A stretch of 64,000 nucleotides of DNA, taken from an uncultured delta proteobacterium. GTDB taxonomy: Bacteria; Myxococcota; Kuafuiibacteriia; Kuafuiibacteriales; Kuafuiibacteriaceae. This document shows, piece by piece, positions 50,453-62,392 of this stretch (position 1 is the first letter of the stretch; each line of letters starts with the position of its first letter). The stretch spans positions 1,600,001 to 1,664,000 of the forward strand of contig CAWDML010000001.1 of NCBI GenBank assembly GCA_963803435.1, given 5' to 3'. A program made the position numbers and the translations under genes. Under the pieces are notes generated by a model. That model had not been told where the DNA came from. It made no database searches and saw only the letters and a program-made list of their open reading frames with translations.

Positions 50453-50692
50453 TCAGACGCCGTGGAGGCTCACCGCCAGGACGGTGCCCAGCCCGAGCCC
50501 GAGCAGGAGCAGGCCGGCGAGCGCGGGGATCCAGGGGCGAGCTCGAGGGGGCGGCGGGAGGCGGACCGTGTCGGCGCGATCGCGGAGCGCGCGTTCCGGG
50601 ATCTGGAGCGTGAGGTCGTCATCGATCAGCACGAAGCGGCGGGCGGCCGTGCTCGGAACAAATCTGGGCTCGAATCCCCCGGCGCTCATCAT
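50453..50692 (-). CDS. Small membrane protein
   Basis: Pro-rich segment followed by TM helix WIPALAGLLLLGLGLGTVLAV. Confidence 0.45.
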   Translation of the reverse strand: MMSAGGFEPRFVPSTAARRFVLIDDDLTLQIPERALRDRADTVRLPPPPRARPWIPALAGLLLLGLGLGTVLAVSLHGV

Positions 50693-50792
50693 GCGCAGTA
50701 TACCCACATAAGAGCTCAACGTAGTCCCCCATCCGTCATTCGACCGACCACCTCGGCCGAAAATGGCCCGAAAACACGCTAGTCTCCCGTCG

Positions 50793-51959
50793 ATGGATCT
50801 CTCGTTCAGCCCCGAGGAGGAGGGCTTCCGCCTCGAAGTCCAGACCTTCCTGCGCGAAGCCATGCCGCCCCACATCCGCGCCAAAGCAGAGGTGGACGGC
50901 CAGTTCCTGCACTCCGAGATCATGGAGTGGCACAAGGTCCTGTACGCGAAGGGGTGGGCTGCGCCCCACTGGCCGCGCGAGTACGGCGGTACCGGCTGGG
51001 ATGCCGCGCGCCGCTTCATCTTCAACGACGAGACGCAGCTCGCCGCGGCGCCGCCGCTCAGCCCGTTCGGGCTCGCGATGGTGGGGCCGCTCTTGATCCA
51101 GTTCGGCACCGACGCCCAGAAGAAGCGCTTCCTCCCCAAGATCCTGGCCGGTGAGGAGATCTGGTGTCAGGGCTACTCGGAGCCGGGCGCAGGCAGCGAC
51201 CTGGCCTCCCTGCGGATGTCTGCGGTCCTCGACGGCGACCACTTCGTCGTCGACGGACAGAAGACCTGGACCACCTACGCGCAGTACGCCGACTGGATCT
51301 TCTGTCTCGTGCGCACCGACGCCGGCGGGAAGAAGCAGGCTGGCATCAGCTTCCTGCTGATCGACATGAAGACGCCCGGGGTCGAGGTCAAGCCGATGCT
51401 GACGATCGGCAATCAGCCCTCGTTCTGCGACACGTTCTTCGACAACGTCCGCGTGCCGAAGGAGAACCTGGTAGGACCGCTCCACGGCGGATGGACGCTG
51501 GCCAAGGCGCTGCTCGGTCACGAGCGGACGTTGATCGCCTTCGTCGGTACCTCACGGCGCAACCTTCAGCGCGCCAAGCGCATCGCCCGCCAGCACGGCT
51601 TGCTCGACGATCCGATCTGGCGCCGGCGCTTCGCGAGCATGGACGTCAAGCTGCGCAGCCTGGAGATGACGAACTACCGCGCGCTGGCGTCCGCCCAGCT
51701 GGGACGCGCGCCGGGTCCGGAGTCCTCGATCCTCAAGATCCGCGGGTCCGAGGTGCTGCAGCAGGTCTTCGAGCTGGCGCTCGAGGTGGCGGGTCACGAC
51801 AGCCTCTCCTGGTTCAACCGGGAGGGCATGGTGCCGGCGAACGAGCAATGGGTGGCTCCGCTGTACTGTTATAACCGTGCGACCACGATCTACGGCGGCA
51901 CGAACGAGATCCAGAAGAACATCATCGCGAAGATGATCCTCGGGCTTCCGGGGCTGTAG
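50793..51959 (+). CDS. Acyl-CoA dehydrogenase (PimC-like large subunit)
   Basis: WCQGYSEPGAGSDLASL, GQKTWTT, GISFLLIDMKTPG, TIYGGTNEIQKNIIAK. Confidence 0.93.
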   Translation: MDLSFSPEEEGFRLEVQTFLREAMPPHIRAKAEVDGQFLHSEIMEWHKVLYAKGWAAPHWPREYGGTGWDAARRFIFNDETQLAAAPPLSPFGLAMVGPLLIQFGTDAQKKRFLPKILAGEEIWCQGYSEPGAGSDLASLRMSAVLDGDHFVVDGQKTWTTYAQYADWIFCLVRTDAGGKKQAGISFLLIDMKTPGVEVKPMLTIGNQPSFCDTFFDNVRVPKENLVGPLHGGWTLAKALLGHERTLIAFVGTSRRNLQRAKRIARQHGLLDDPIWRRRFASMDVKLRSLEMTNYRALASAQLGRAPGPESSILKIRGSEVLQQVFELALEVAGHDSLSWFNREGMVPANEQWVAPLYCYNRATTIYGGTNEIQKNIIAKMILGLPGL

Positions 51960-51969
51960 GAGACAGGCC

Positions 51970-53091
51970 GTGGACTTCGATCTTTCCGACGATCAGAAGA
52001 TGCTCGCCGAGACGGTGGCGTCCTTTGCCAAGCAGACGTCGCCGGTCTCCCGCTTCCGTAAGCTCCGCGACGACCCGATCGGGTGGGAGCGCGAGGTGTG
52101 GAAGCAGATGGGTGAGCTGGGATGGCTCGCGGTCGCGTTTCCCGAGTCGGCGGGCGGCTACGATGGGAGCTTCGTCGACATCTCGGTCATCCTGGAGAAG
52201 CTCGGCACCGCCCTGGTGCCGGAGCCCTACGTGCCGAGCGTGGTGCTGGCGGGGTCTGCGCTCCTGTTCGCCGGCAGCGCGGAACAGCAACAGCGATGGC
52301 TGGGGCCGATGCTCGAGGGCAAGACCTCCCTCGCCCTCGCCTACGCCGAGCGCGACGGACGCTACGACCTGGCGCGGGTCGAGACCGCGGCCGAGGCGAG
52401 CAAGGGCGGCTGGCGGCTCACCGGCGAGAAGGCGTTCGTGCTCAACGGGCACGCGGCGGAGCTGCTGGTGGTGTCGGCGAAGACCCCGGCCGGATTGTCG
52501 CTGTTCGCGGTGCCGAAGGGGCAGGCCGGCCTCACGATCGAGCCGCTCGGGCTGCTCGACGGACAGCGCGGCGCGAGGGTGGTCCTCGCAGGCGTGGAGG
52601 CGGAGCTCCTGGGCGAGCCGGGCGGCGGCCTGCCGATCCTGGAGCGCGTCCTCGATCGCGGCGCCGCGGCGGCCTGTGCCGAGGGTCTCGGGATCGGGCA
52701 GACCGTGCTCGACATGACGATCGAGCAGCTCAAGCTGCGGAAGCAGTTCGGCGTGCAGATCGGGACCTTCCAAGCGCTCCAGCACCGGACGGTCGACATG
52801 TTCGTCGAGGTCGAGCTCATGCGATCGATGTCGATCACCGCCGGCGTGCAGGTCGACCATCCGGATCCGCTGGTCCGTGCGCGCGAGGTGAGCGCCGCCA
52901 AGGCGCAGCTCGCCGTGGGCGGAAAGTACGTGGTGCAGCAGTCGATCCAGCTCCACGGCGGCATCGGCATCACGGATGAGCACGACATCGGCCTGTTCTT
53001 CAAGCGCATGCACGCGTTGAACCTCCTCTTCGGAGACGAGGAGCATCACCTCCGCCGTCTGGCGACTCTGCCCTCCTTCGACGGCGATTGA
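51970..53091 (+). CDS. Acyl-CoA dehydrogenase (PimD-like small subunit)
   Basis: MDFDLSDDQKML, RKQFGVQIGTFQALQHR, IQLHGGIGITDE. Confidence 0.93.
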   Translation: MDFDLSDDQKMLAETVASFAKQTSPVSRFRKLRDDPIGWEREVWKQMGELGWLAVAFPESAGGYDGSFVDISVILEKLGTALVPEPYVPSVVLAGSALLFAGSAEQQQRWLGPMLEGKTSLALAYAERDGRYDLARVETAAEASKGGWRLTGEKAFVLNGHAAELLVVSAKTPAGLSLFAVPKGQAGLTIEPLGLLDGQRGARVVLAGVEAELLGEPGGGLPILERVLDRGAAAACAEGLGIGQTVLDMTIEQLKLRKQFGVQIGTFQALQHRTVDMFVEVELMRSMSITAGVQVDHPDPLVRAREVSAAKAQLAVGGKYVVQQSIQLHGGIGITDEHDIGLFFKRMHALNLLFGDEEHHLRRLATLPSFDGD

Positions 53092-53101
53092 ATGGTTCTT
53101 A

Positions 53102-53489
53102 GAACCGGTCCGAGACCTCCGAATCGTCCGGTGTCCGTGCTCTTGCAGAAGCGTGCTTAGCGCGAATCGACCGTGGCACGTCGAACCGGAGCTGAACTCG
53201 CGCGGCAGGGCCTTCCACTGGCACCCTGTCCGAAGGCGATAGACGATACCTGCCATCACGACGCGATCCGCAACCCGCGGGCGACCTCCCCGCGGCCTTG
53301 GACCTCGCTTCGGGAGTCACGGCTCAATGCGTTTCCACAGGGCGTCCGGAAGACTTGCGAATCTTGCCTGCATCGACTCTGCAGAACACTCGATCGAGCA
53401 CGATGCAACAACGGCCGCTTTGAATAGCGAATGAGCAGAACGAGCGAAACAGGAAACGCGGAACGGTCCGGAGGTTTTCGGACCGGCTC
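53102..53489 (-). mobile_element. Non-autonomous IS5 derivative (MITE-like, 388 bp)
   Basis: 53161-53489 matches 4808-5136 (329 bp, about 4 substitutions seen); left IR GAACCGGTCCGAGACCTCCG; TTA direct repeats at 53099-53101 and 53490-53492. Confidence 0.88.
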
Positions 53490-55601
<2,112 letters not shown>

Positions 55602-55674
55602 CTCCGGGCTGGTGACTGCAGCGGCGATGCCACCTCTCGTTGAAGACGGGTTTCGAGGCGGGCGGGGCGGAAGG

Positions 55675-57097
55675 CTACGAACGAACTGCGTGGTCCGCGA
55701 GCACCTGCGCGACGCAGCTCGTGACCTTCTTCCCGCAGGGAATGTGCAGGAACTCGTTCGGCCCGTGCGCGTTGGAGTGCGGGCCGAGCACGCCCGTGAT
55801 CATGAACTGTGCCTCGGGGAACTTCTTCCCCAGCATGCCCATGAATGGGATCGAGCCGCCCTCACCCATGTGGACCGCCCCCTTGCCGAAGAAAGCCTTC
55901 GAGGCCGCGTCGAGCGACTTCTCCAGGTAGGGCGCGAGCGCCGGCGCGTTCCAGCCCTCGGCCTGCTCGCCCTCGAAGCTGACGCGTGCGCCGTACGGAG
56001 GATCGGTGGTGAGCACCCGCTTCACCACCTCGAAGGCGTGCTCCGGATCGGTGGTCGGCGGCAGGCGCATGGAGATCCGGACCGAAGTGTGGGGGCGCGA
56101 GACGTTGCCCGCGTCGCGGAGCGCGGGGAGGCCGCCGGCGCCGGTGATCGAGACGGTGGCGCGCCAGGTCCGGTTGAGGACCAGCTCCGCCAGGTCGTCG
56201 GTCACCGGACGAACGCCCGCGTGGAAGGGGAACTCGTTCCAGATCGTGTCGCCGAGGACCTTGGCGACGGCGGCGGCCTGCTGGCGGCGCTGCTCCGGGA
56301 TGTCGACCTTGAGCTCGGGGATGAGGACCTCGCCGGTGCGCTCATCCTCGATCCGGCTCAAGAGCTGGCGGATCACGCGGAAGCTCGACGGGACGATCCC
56401 GCTGGCGCTGCCCGAGTGCACGCCCTCCTCGATGAGGCTGACCTTGAGATCTTCCGATCACCATGCCGCGGAGCGACGTGGTGCACCACAGGTGATCGTA
56501 GTCGCCGCATCCCGAGTCGAGGCAGACCACCAGGCTGGGCGTTCCAATGCGGCCGGCCAGCTTGTCGATGTAGTGCGGGAGATCGGGGCTGCCGCTCTCT
56601 TCGGTCGCCTCGATCAGAACGACGCAGCGCGCGTGCGGAACTCTCTGGTCGGCGAGCGAAGCGATGGCGGTGAGGGACGCGAAGGCCGCGTAGCCGTCGT
56701 CCGCCCCGCCGCGGCCGTAGAGCTTGTCGCCCTCGAGGACCGGCGTCCAAGGGCCGAGCCCCTCGCGCCAGTCCGTCATCTCGGGCTGCTTGTCGAGGTG
56801 ACCGTAGAGGAGCACGGTGTCCTTCGCGGCCGCGCCGTGTCCGGGGATCTCCATGAAGATGAGCGGCGTGCGGCCCGGATCCTTGATGACCTCGACCGTG
56901 AGCCCCGGGATCGCCTTCGTCTGGGCCTTGCACCAGCCCGAGATCAGCTCCACGGCCCGCGCCATGTACCCGTTCTTCTCCCAGTCGGGATCGAAGCCCG
57001 GCGACTTGTTGGGGATCCGGATGTACTCGGTCAGGTTGGGGACGATCTGGTCGTCCCATGCGCGTTCGACGAATTGGCTCAAACGACTGCGATCCAT
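55675..57097 (-). CDS. M20-family metallopeptidase/dipeptidase, one frameshift near 56452
   Basis: LYGHLDKQP, LYGRGGADDG, EATEESGS, TTSLRG|..GVHSGSASG, GEGGSIPF, NAHGPNE. Confidence 0.9.
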
Positions 57098-57142
57098 GGG
57101 TGCCGCCGAGATTCGGTCCCGAAGGCGGTTTAGACAAGGTGG

Positions 57143-57157
57143 GCTAACCCCGTGCCA
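57143..57157 (-). promoter_or_regulatory. Possible sigma54 promoter for the M20 peptidase
   Basis: Minus strand TGGCACGGGGTTAGC (one mismatch to TGGCAC-N5-TTGC), 46 bp upstream of the ATG. Confidence 0.4.
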
Positions 57158-57200
57158 CGTTCCGGTGATCGTCGGATCGCGCTAGCTTGCGAGCCGTCCG

Positions 57201-58238
57201 GTGGATCAACAGGGGGTCGATCGCCTCTTCACCCTGCCGCTCGCCGAGTTCGTCGCGGCGCGGAACGACCTCGCCAAGTCGCTCAAGACCTCCGGAGAGA
57301 AGGAGACGGCCGCGCGGATCCAGAAGCTCCCCAAGCCCTCCATCTCCGCCTGGGCGATCAACCAGCTGGTCCGCGCGGATCACGCCTTGCTCGAGGCGCT
57401 CCTCGCCGCGCTCGATCGGCAGCGTACGCTCCAGCTCTCGGGCATCGGGGGCGGCGTCGATCGCGGCGAGATGAAGGAGGCGAAGCAGGCCGAGAACGAG
57501 ACCATCGGGAGGATGGAGCGGGCGCTCGTTCCCATCCTGGAGGCGGGGGGACACGCCTCGGGGCGCACCGCGATCGAGCGGTGCGTGCGCTCGATCCGGG
57601 CGGCCGCGGTCCACCCGGAGGGCCGGCCGCTCCTCGAGAACGGACACCTGACGATCGACTTCGACGCGCCCGGCTTCGACGCCCTGAGCGCGGGCTTGGC
57701 GAGCGTCGAGACTGCACAGAGCCCGCCCAAGCTCCGCTTGATCTCGAGCGCCATCGAGGAGAAGCGACGCCTCGAGGAGACGCGGGCGTTCGAGCAGCAG
57801 CAGCGGGACGAGAGGAGACAGGCGCTCCAGCGCGAGCGGATCGAGGTGCAGGCAAAGCTGGACCAGGAGCGCCGAAAGCTCGAGGAGGAACGGCGGCGCC
57901 TCGACGACGAGAAGCGGCTGGAGGACGAGCGCCGGCGCGAGGCCGAGCGCGGGATTGAACAGGAGCGCCGGGCCGCGGAGCTGGAGCGGTCGAAGCAGAA
58001 CGCGCGGCTCGGAGAGGCGGCGAAGATCCTGGGATCGCTGCGGCTCGAGCGGGCGCGTCTCGAGGAACAGGCCATCCAGATCGCGGACCAGGTCGAGCGG
58101 GCGCGGGTCGCGCTCGAGCGCATCCAGCGCGAGGCGAGCCGGGCGGAGCAGGAGCTGGCCCAGAAGACCGAACAGATCACGCAACTCGAGCAGCTCCTGG
58201 GTTTGTTCGACGACCAGGACGAGGAAGACGAAGGATGA
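57201..58238 (+). CDS. Hypothetical protein with long coiled coil
   Basis: N-terminal LFTLPLAEFVAARNDLAK..KLPKPSISAWAINQLVR domain, then an E/R/Q-rich coil. Confidence 0.75.
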   Translation: MDQQGVDRLFTLPLAEFVAARNDLAKSLKTSGEKETAARIQKLPKPSISAWAINQLVRADHALLEALLAALDRQRTLQLSGIGGGVDRGEMKEAKQAENETIGRMERALVPILEAGGHASGRTAIERCVRSIRAAAVHPEGRPLLENGHLTIDFDAPGFDALSAGLASVETAQSPPKLRLISSAIEEKRRLEETRAFEQQQRDERRQALQRERIEVQAKLDQERRKLEEERRRLDDEKRLEDERRREAERGIEQERRAAELERSKQNARLGEAAKILGSLRLERARLEEQAIQIADQVERARVALERIQREASRAEQELAQKTEQITQLEQLLGLFDDQDEEDEG

Positions 58239-59434
58239 AACGAGCGCTCTCGCTCCTGATGATCGTGGCGTCGTTCGCCTGTTACCCCAAGGGTTGGCGC
58301 GGCCAGCAGCCGTTGTTCGCGGACGCCGACTTCCCGTTCGTCGCCGGTCCGTATCTGATCCTCATCCATCAGGGGACGGTCGCGATCGTGGTGAAGCATC
58401 CGCTCCCGGAGGCGCCCATCGTCGAGTGGTGGATCGATCCGACGGACGTCGTGGGCACCGCCAGCACCACCGTGACCGCCTCGACGGCGCGGCAGCCAAC
58501 GCAGCGCACCGTGATGGAGGACCTCGACGGCTTCTGGGTCGCCGTCCTGCCCGACCTGCCGTACGACACGGGCATCTACTACCGCGTGCGATCCAGCGCC
58601 GGTGACACGCGGGTGCTTCGCTTCCTCGCGGGGGCCTCGCGGGGCCGCAAGCTGCGCTTCGCCGCGTTCGGGGACACGCGCACGGGACACGAGATCCATC
58701 GCGGTCTGGTGGAGGCGATGGCGAAGGAGAACATCGAGTTCGCGATCCACTCCGGCGACCTGGTCGAGTTCGGTGGCGTCGAAGAGCAGTGGGAGCAATT
58801 CTTCCGGATCGAAGGCCCGCTGATGTCGCAGGTGCCGCTGTTCGCCGCCGTCGGCAATCACGACAACTCGCTCCGCAATCACTTCAGACAGTACTTCCTG
58901 ACCCGGATGTATGCGGGCAAGAACCGCTACTATTACCAGGACTGGGGAGACGTCCGCGTGATCATCATGGACTCGGAGATCGAGCTGCGGAAGGGATCGG
59001 ACCAGTACGCCTTCCTCGACCGCGTGCTCCGCGAGGGCGCCGAGAACGACCAGCTGATGTTCATGTCGCTCCACTACCCGCCCTACTCGTCCGGGGAGCA
59101 CGGATCGAACCTCGAGATCCGGCAGATCCTGGGCGAGCTCGCGCCCCGTTACGGTGTCGAGGTGATCCTGGCGGGACATGATCACGACTACGAGCGCACC
59201 AAGATCATCGACGGCGTCACCTATCTGGTCGCCGCCTCGGGAGGCGCCACCATCCGCGCGATCGCGCCGAGCGACTTCAGCGTGGTGATGCGGACCGAGC
59301 CGCACTTCCTCCTCTTCGACGTCGACCGCCAGAGCCTGGTGGGACGCGCGATCAACCTCCGCGGGGACACGTTCGACACCTTCGTGGTCCCCCCCAATCC
59401 GCCGCGGGCGCCGGCCGTCGAACCCACCCGATGA
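58235..59434 (+). CDS. Lipoprotein metallophosphoesterase (purple-acid-phosphatase-like, FN3-like N-domain)
   Basis: Lipobox SFAC; FGDTR, HSGDLV, VGNHD, HYPPY, LAGHDHDYER. Confidence 0.92.
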   Translation: MKRALSLLMIVASFACYPKGWRGQQPLFADADFPFVAGPYLILIHQGTVAIVVKHPLPEAPIVEWWIDPTDVVGTASTTVTASTARQPTQRTVMEDLDGFWVAVLPDLPYDTGIYYRVRSSAGDTRVLRFLAGASRGRKLRFAAFGDTRTGHEIHRGLVEAMAKENIEFAIHSGDLVEFGGVEEQWEQFFRIEGPLMSQVPLFAAVGNHDNSLRNHFRQYFLTRMYAGKNRYYYQDWGDVRVIIMDSEIELRKGSDQYAFLDRVLREGAENDQLMFMSLHYPPYSSGEHGSNLEIRQILGELAPRYGVEVILAGHDHDYERTKIIDGVTYLVAASGGATIRAIAPSDFSVVMRTEPHFLLFDVDRQSLVGRAINLRGDTFDTFVVPPNPPRAPAVEPTR

Positions 59435-60714
59435 TACTCGGCCCCCCGTTGCTGCTGATGGCGCTGTCGCAGATCGGGACGGCCACCGCCGCCGACGACG
59501 CGCTGACCTCGGCGGTCCGGGCCGAGGCCCACCCTTCGCTCGATCTGGGCCGCTTGCTGCTCGACCTGCCGAGCGCATTCATCGAGCTGGCGTTCGTCCC
59601 GCTGATGCCGATCGCGCTGGCGTCCGAGCGCTGGCACCTGCCGGACCGCATCTTCGATCTGCTGACCAACGACGACAAGACGCTGGCGGTGCTGCCGGTG
59701 ATCGTCCCCGTCAACCACTCCGGGTTGGGATTGGGGATCGCGATCATCCACAACGATCCGCTTGGCAGCAAGGACCGCACGGTGGTGCTGGGCCTCGTAC
59801 ACACGAACCGCGATCGCAGCGCTCAGGCGTCGATCTCCCGGCGGATCCCGAACCTCTCGGGCCGCGTGATCTCGATCGGCGCCAAGTACGGCGTCGATCA
59901 GGACTCACGCTTCTACGGCTTCGGCGGAGGAGGCTCCAAGTCGGAGGTGAGGCTCATCCGGAAGGACACGATCGACCTGTCGGCGGGCATCGATCTCTTG
60001 CAGGCCGACGCCGGCGGGTTCGGCGCCCGGATCGCGGTGGCCTATCGGCGGCGCGAGCTGACGCCGGGCAGCGGCAACGACCCACCGCTCGGCTCGGACG
60101 ACGTCTTCGCGCTTCCGCCGGGCTTCGGGCGCGCGCTGGACTATCCAGAGCTCACGCTGCAGCTCGGCTACGACACCCGCGACAGCGTCTCCCGCACCAC
60201 CACCGGCGTCGTCGCCAGCGTCGAGGCGTCCGCCACCAAGGACCTGAACGCCGGAGACACGGGTGGGTTTCGGACCACGGCGACGGTCGGGACGTTCATC
60301 GAGCTCCTCCCCCTGTATCGCGTGCTGTTCCTCTCGGTGGGCGCGGGCGCGGCGGTTCCGATCGACAGCGAGGACCAGATCCCTCTGCATCAGCTGATCG
60401 CGCTCGGCGGCTCCTCGACGCTGCGGGGCTACGTCCCCGATCGCTTCATCGATCGTCTCGGATGGTGGGCGACGGCCGAGTATCGCTACTTCTTCTACGA
60501 ATATGCAGCCACGGGGAACGGCCTCAGCGCTGCGCTCTTCACCGACGTCGGTCGCGTCGGTCACGTTCCGAAGGACCTGGTCAAAGGACCGATCGCCTGG
60601 TCCCTCGGGGTCGGCTTTCGCTTCGAGATGAACTTGTTGCTGCTCGGGCGGTTCCAGATCGCCTACGGCTCCGACGGGTTCCGGATCAGCATCGGCTTCG
60701 GAGAGGTCCTGTGA
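59431..60714 (+). CDS. Omp85 (BamA/TamA-superfamily) barrel without POTRA domains
   Basis: Signal peptide; RFYGFG; LGYDTRD; LGGSSTLRGYVPDRF (loop-6 VRGY-type motif); AEYRY; LFTDVGRV; GVGFRF. Confidence 0.85.
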   Translation: MILGPPLLLMALSQIGTATAADDALTSAVRAEAHPSLDLGRLLLDLPSAFIELAFVPLMPIALASERWHLPDRIFDLLTNDDKTLAVLPVIVPVNHSGLGLGIAIIHNDPLGSKDRTVVLGLVHTNRDRSAQASISRRIPNLSGRVISIGAKYGVDQDSRFYGFGGGGSKSEVRLIRKDTIDLSAGIDLLQADAGGFGARIAVAYRRRELTPGSGNDPPLGSDDVFALPPGFGRALDYPELTLQLGYDTRDSVSRTTTGVVASVEASATKDLNAGDTGGFRTTATVGTFIELLPLYRVLFLSVGAGAAVPIDSEDQIPLHQLIALGGSSTLRGYVPDRFIDRLGWWATAEYRYFFYEYAATGNGLSAALFTDVGRVGHVPKDLVKGPIAWSLGVGFRFEMNLLLLGRFQIAYGSDGFRISIGFGEVL

Positions 60715-62366
60715 GGCGGCTGCTGGCAGCGTCGCTCGCGCTGGCGGCCTCGGCGTGCGCCACCCCGGCCTGGAAGACGGCGCCGCACGATCGCTACTAT
60801 CAGCACACGCCGCCGCCCCTGCTCCACGCGCGGCCGCTCGACAGCCAGCCGTCCGAGCTCTGGTACGGTTTCGTGCACACCACCGTGCGGCCGCTCGCCC
60901 AGGCCCTCAGCCCCGGCTACTACGTGGAGAAGGTGGCGGGCTCACCCCGGCCGCTCGACATCAACGCGTTCGGACAGGTCATCGAGTCGCCGTGGTTCTT
61001 CAACCGGATCAACCGCTATCACCTCAGCCCCGAGGAGGTCGCCCGGGGCCCCAACCGCCTGCGCGGACCGGCCGCCGGCCCCCTGACCGTGATCCGTGGC
61101 AAGCTCGAGGGCGCCACGCCGGGCCTGGTCGTGCGCGACGGCGGCGGCGACGTCTTCGTGGTGAAGTTCGATCCGCCCGGCTACCCCGAGCTCGCGTCGA
61201 ACGCGGAGGCCATCGCCACCAAGATCCTCTACGCCTCCGGATACCACGTCCCCGAGAACTACGCGGTCTCGCTTCAGCTCGATCGGCTGGTGCTCTCTCA
61301 CGACGCCGTCACCACCGGCGAGTACGGGACGACGGTGCCGCTCACGAAGGAGCGACTCGACGACCTGATCTCCCACGTCAACCCCTTCCCCAACGGCACG
61401 GTCCGCGCGCTCTTCTCCCGCTACATCCCCGGCGAGCTCCTCGGCCCCTTCGACTATCGCGGCTCGCGGCGGGACGATCCGAACGACCTCATCCCGCACG
61501 AGCACCGCCGCAGCCTGCGCGGGCTGCGCATGTTCGCGGCCTGGATCAACAATTCGGACATCCGCGCCGCCAACACGCTCGACGTCTTTCTCCCCAGCGA
61601 CGAGCACCGCGGGCTCGGGTACGTGAAGCACTACCTGATCGACTTCGGCGACTCCCTCGGCTCGGCGGGCGTCCGTCCCAAGTATGTCGGGCAGGGCTAC
61701 CAGAACCGGGTCGACTGGGGCCAGATCAGCGCCTCGTTCTTCTCCGCCGGCATCTTCTACCCGTACTGGCTGCCGGTGCAGCGATCGCCCTATCGCAGCG
61801 TCGGCGTCTTCGAGGGCGAGGTCTTCGATCCGAAGAAATGGTGCCCGGTGATCCAGAACCCGGCCTTCGACCGCGCCGATGTCTTCGACGACTACTGGGC
61901 CGCCTCGATCATCGCGCGCTTCACCCCGGCGCAGCTCGCGGCCGTGGTCTCGTCGGTCGGGTACACCGAGCGTGGCGCTGCCCAGTGGGTCCTGCGCGTG
62001 CTCAGCGAGCGACAGTTCAAGATCCTCGACTACGCGTTCTCGCACGTGCTCCCGCTCGAGGACCCGAGTATCGAGCAAGGGACGATCCTGGCGATGACGG
62101 ATCTCGCCGTGCTCGCGGGGCTGGAGCTGCCGTCTCAGCGTCGCTACTACTATCGCGTCGAGCACGACGACCAGGAGCTGGCGCACGGGACGATCGACTC
62201 ACCGAGACTCGATCTCGCCGGCGTCGTCGCGGAGATCGCGGGCAGCGACGATCCGTTCCTCACGGTCACCTGGTCGCTCGCCGAGAGCGCCAACCCCAGC
62301 ACCGACGTGCACTTGCGGGTGGTCGGCGGCCGTCTCCTGCCCGTCGCCATGACCCGCCACGAGTGA
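60711..62366 (+). CDS. Lipoprotein with atypical protein-kinase-like fold
   Basis: GTG at 60711, lipobox ASAC; GKLEGATPG..FVVKFD (beta3 Lys); NAEAIA (alphaC Glu); WINNSDIRAANT (catalytic loop); YLIDFGDSLG. Confidence 0.7.
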   Translation: MRRLLAASLALAASACATPAWKTAPHDRYYQHTPPPLLHARPLDSQPSELWYGFVHTTVRPLAQALSPGYYVEKVAGSPRPLDINAFGQVIESPWFFNRINRYHLSPEEVARGPNRLRGPAAGPLTVIRGKLEGATPGLVVRDGGGDVFVVKFDPPGYPELASNAEAIATKILYASGYHVPENYAVSLQLDRLVLSHDAVTTGEYGTTVPLTKERLDDLISHVNPFPNGTVRALFSRYIPGELLGPFDYRGSRRDDPNDLIPHEHRRSLRGLRMFAAWINNSDIRAANTLDVFLPSDEHRGLGYVKHYLIDFGDSLGSAGVRPKYVGQGYQNRVDWGQISASFFSAGIFYPYWLPVQRSPYRSVGVFEGEVFDPKKWCPVIQNPAFDRADVFDDYWAASIIARFTPAQLAAVVSSVGYTERGAAQWVLRVLSERQFKILDYAFSHVLPLEDPSIEQGTILAMTDLAVLAGLELPSQRRYYYRVEHDDQELAHGTIDSPRLDLAGVVAEIAGSDDPFLTVTWSLAESANPSTDVHLRVVGGRLLPVAMTRHE

Positions 62367-62392
62367 AGCATGCGGCGCGAGGCTCGGGTGGG

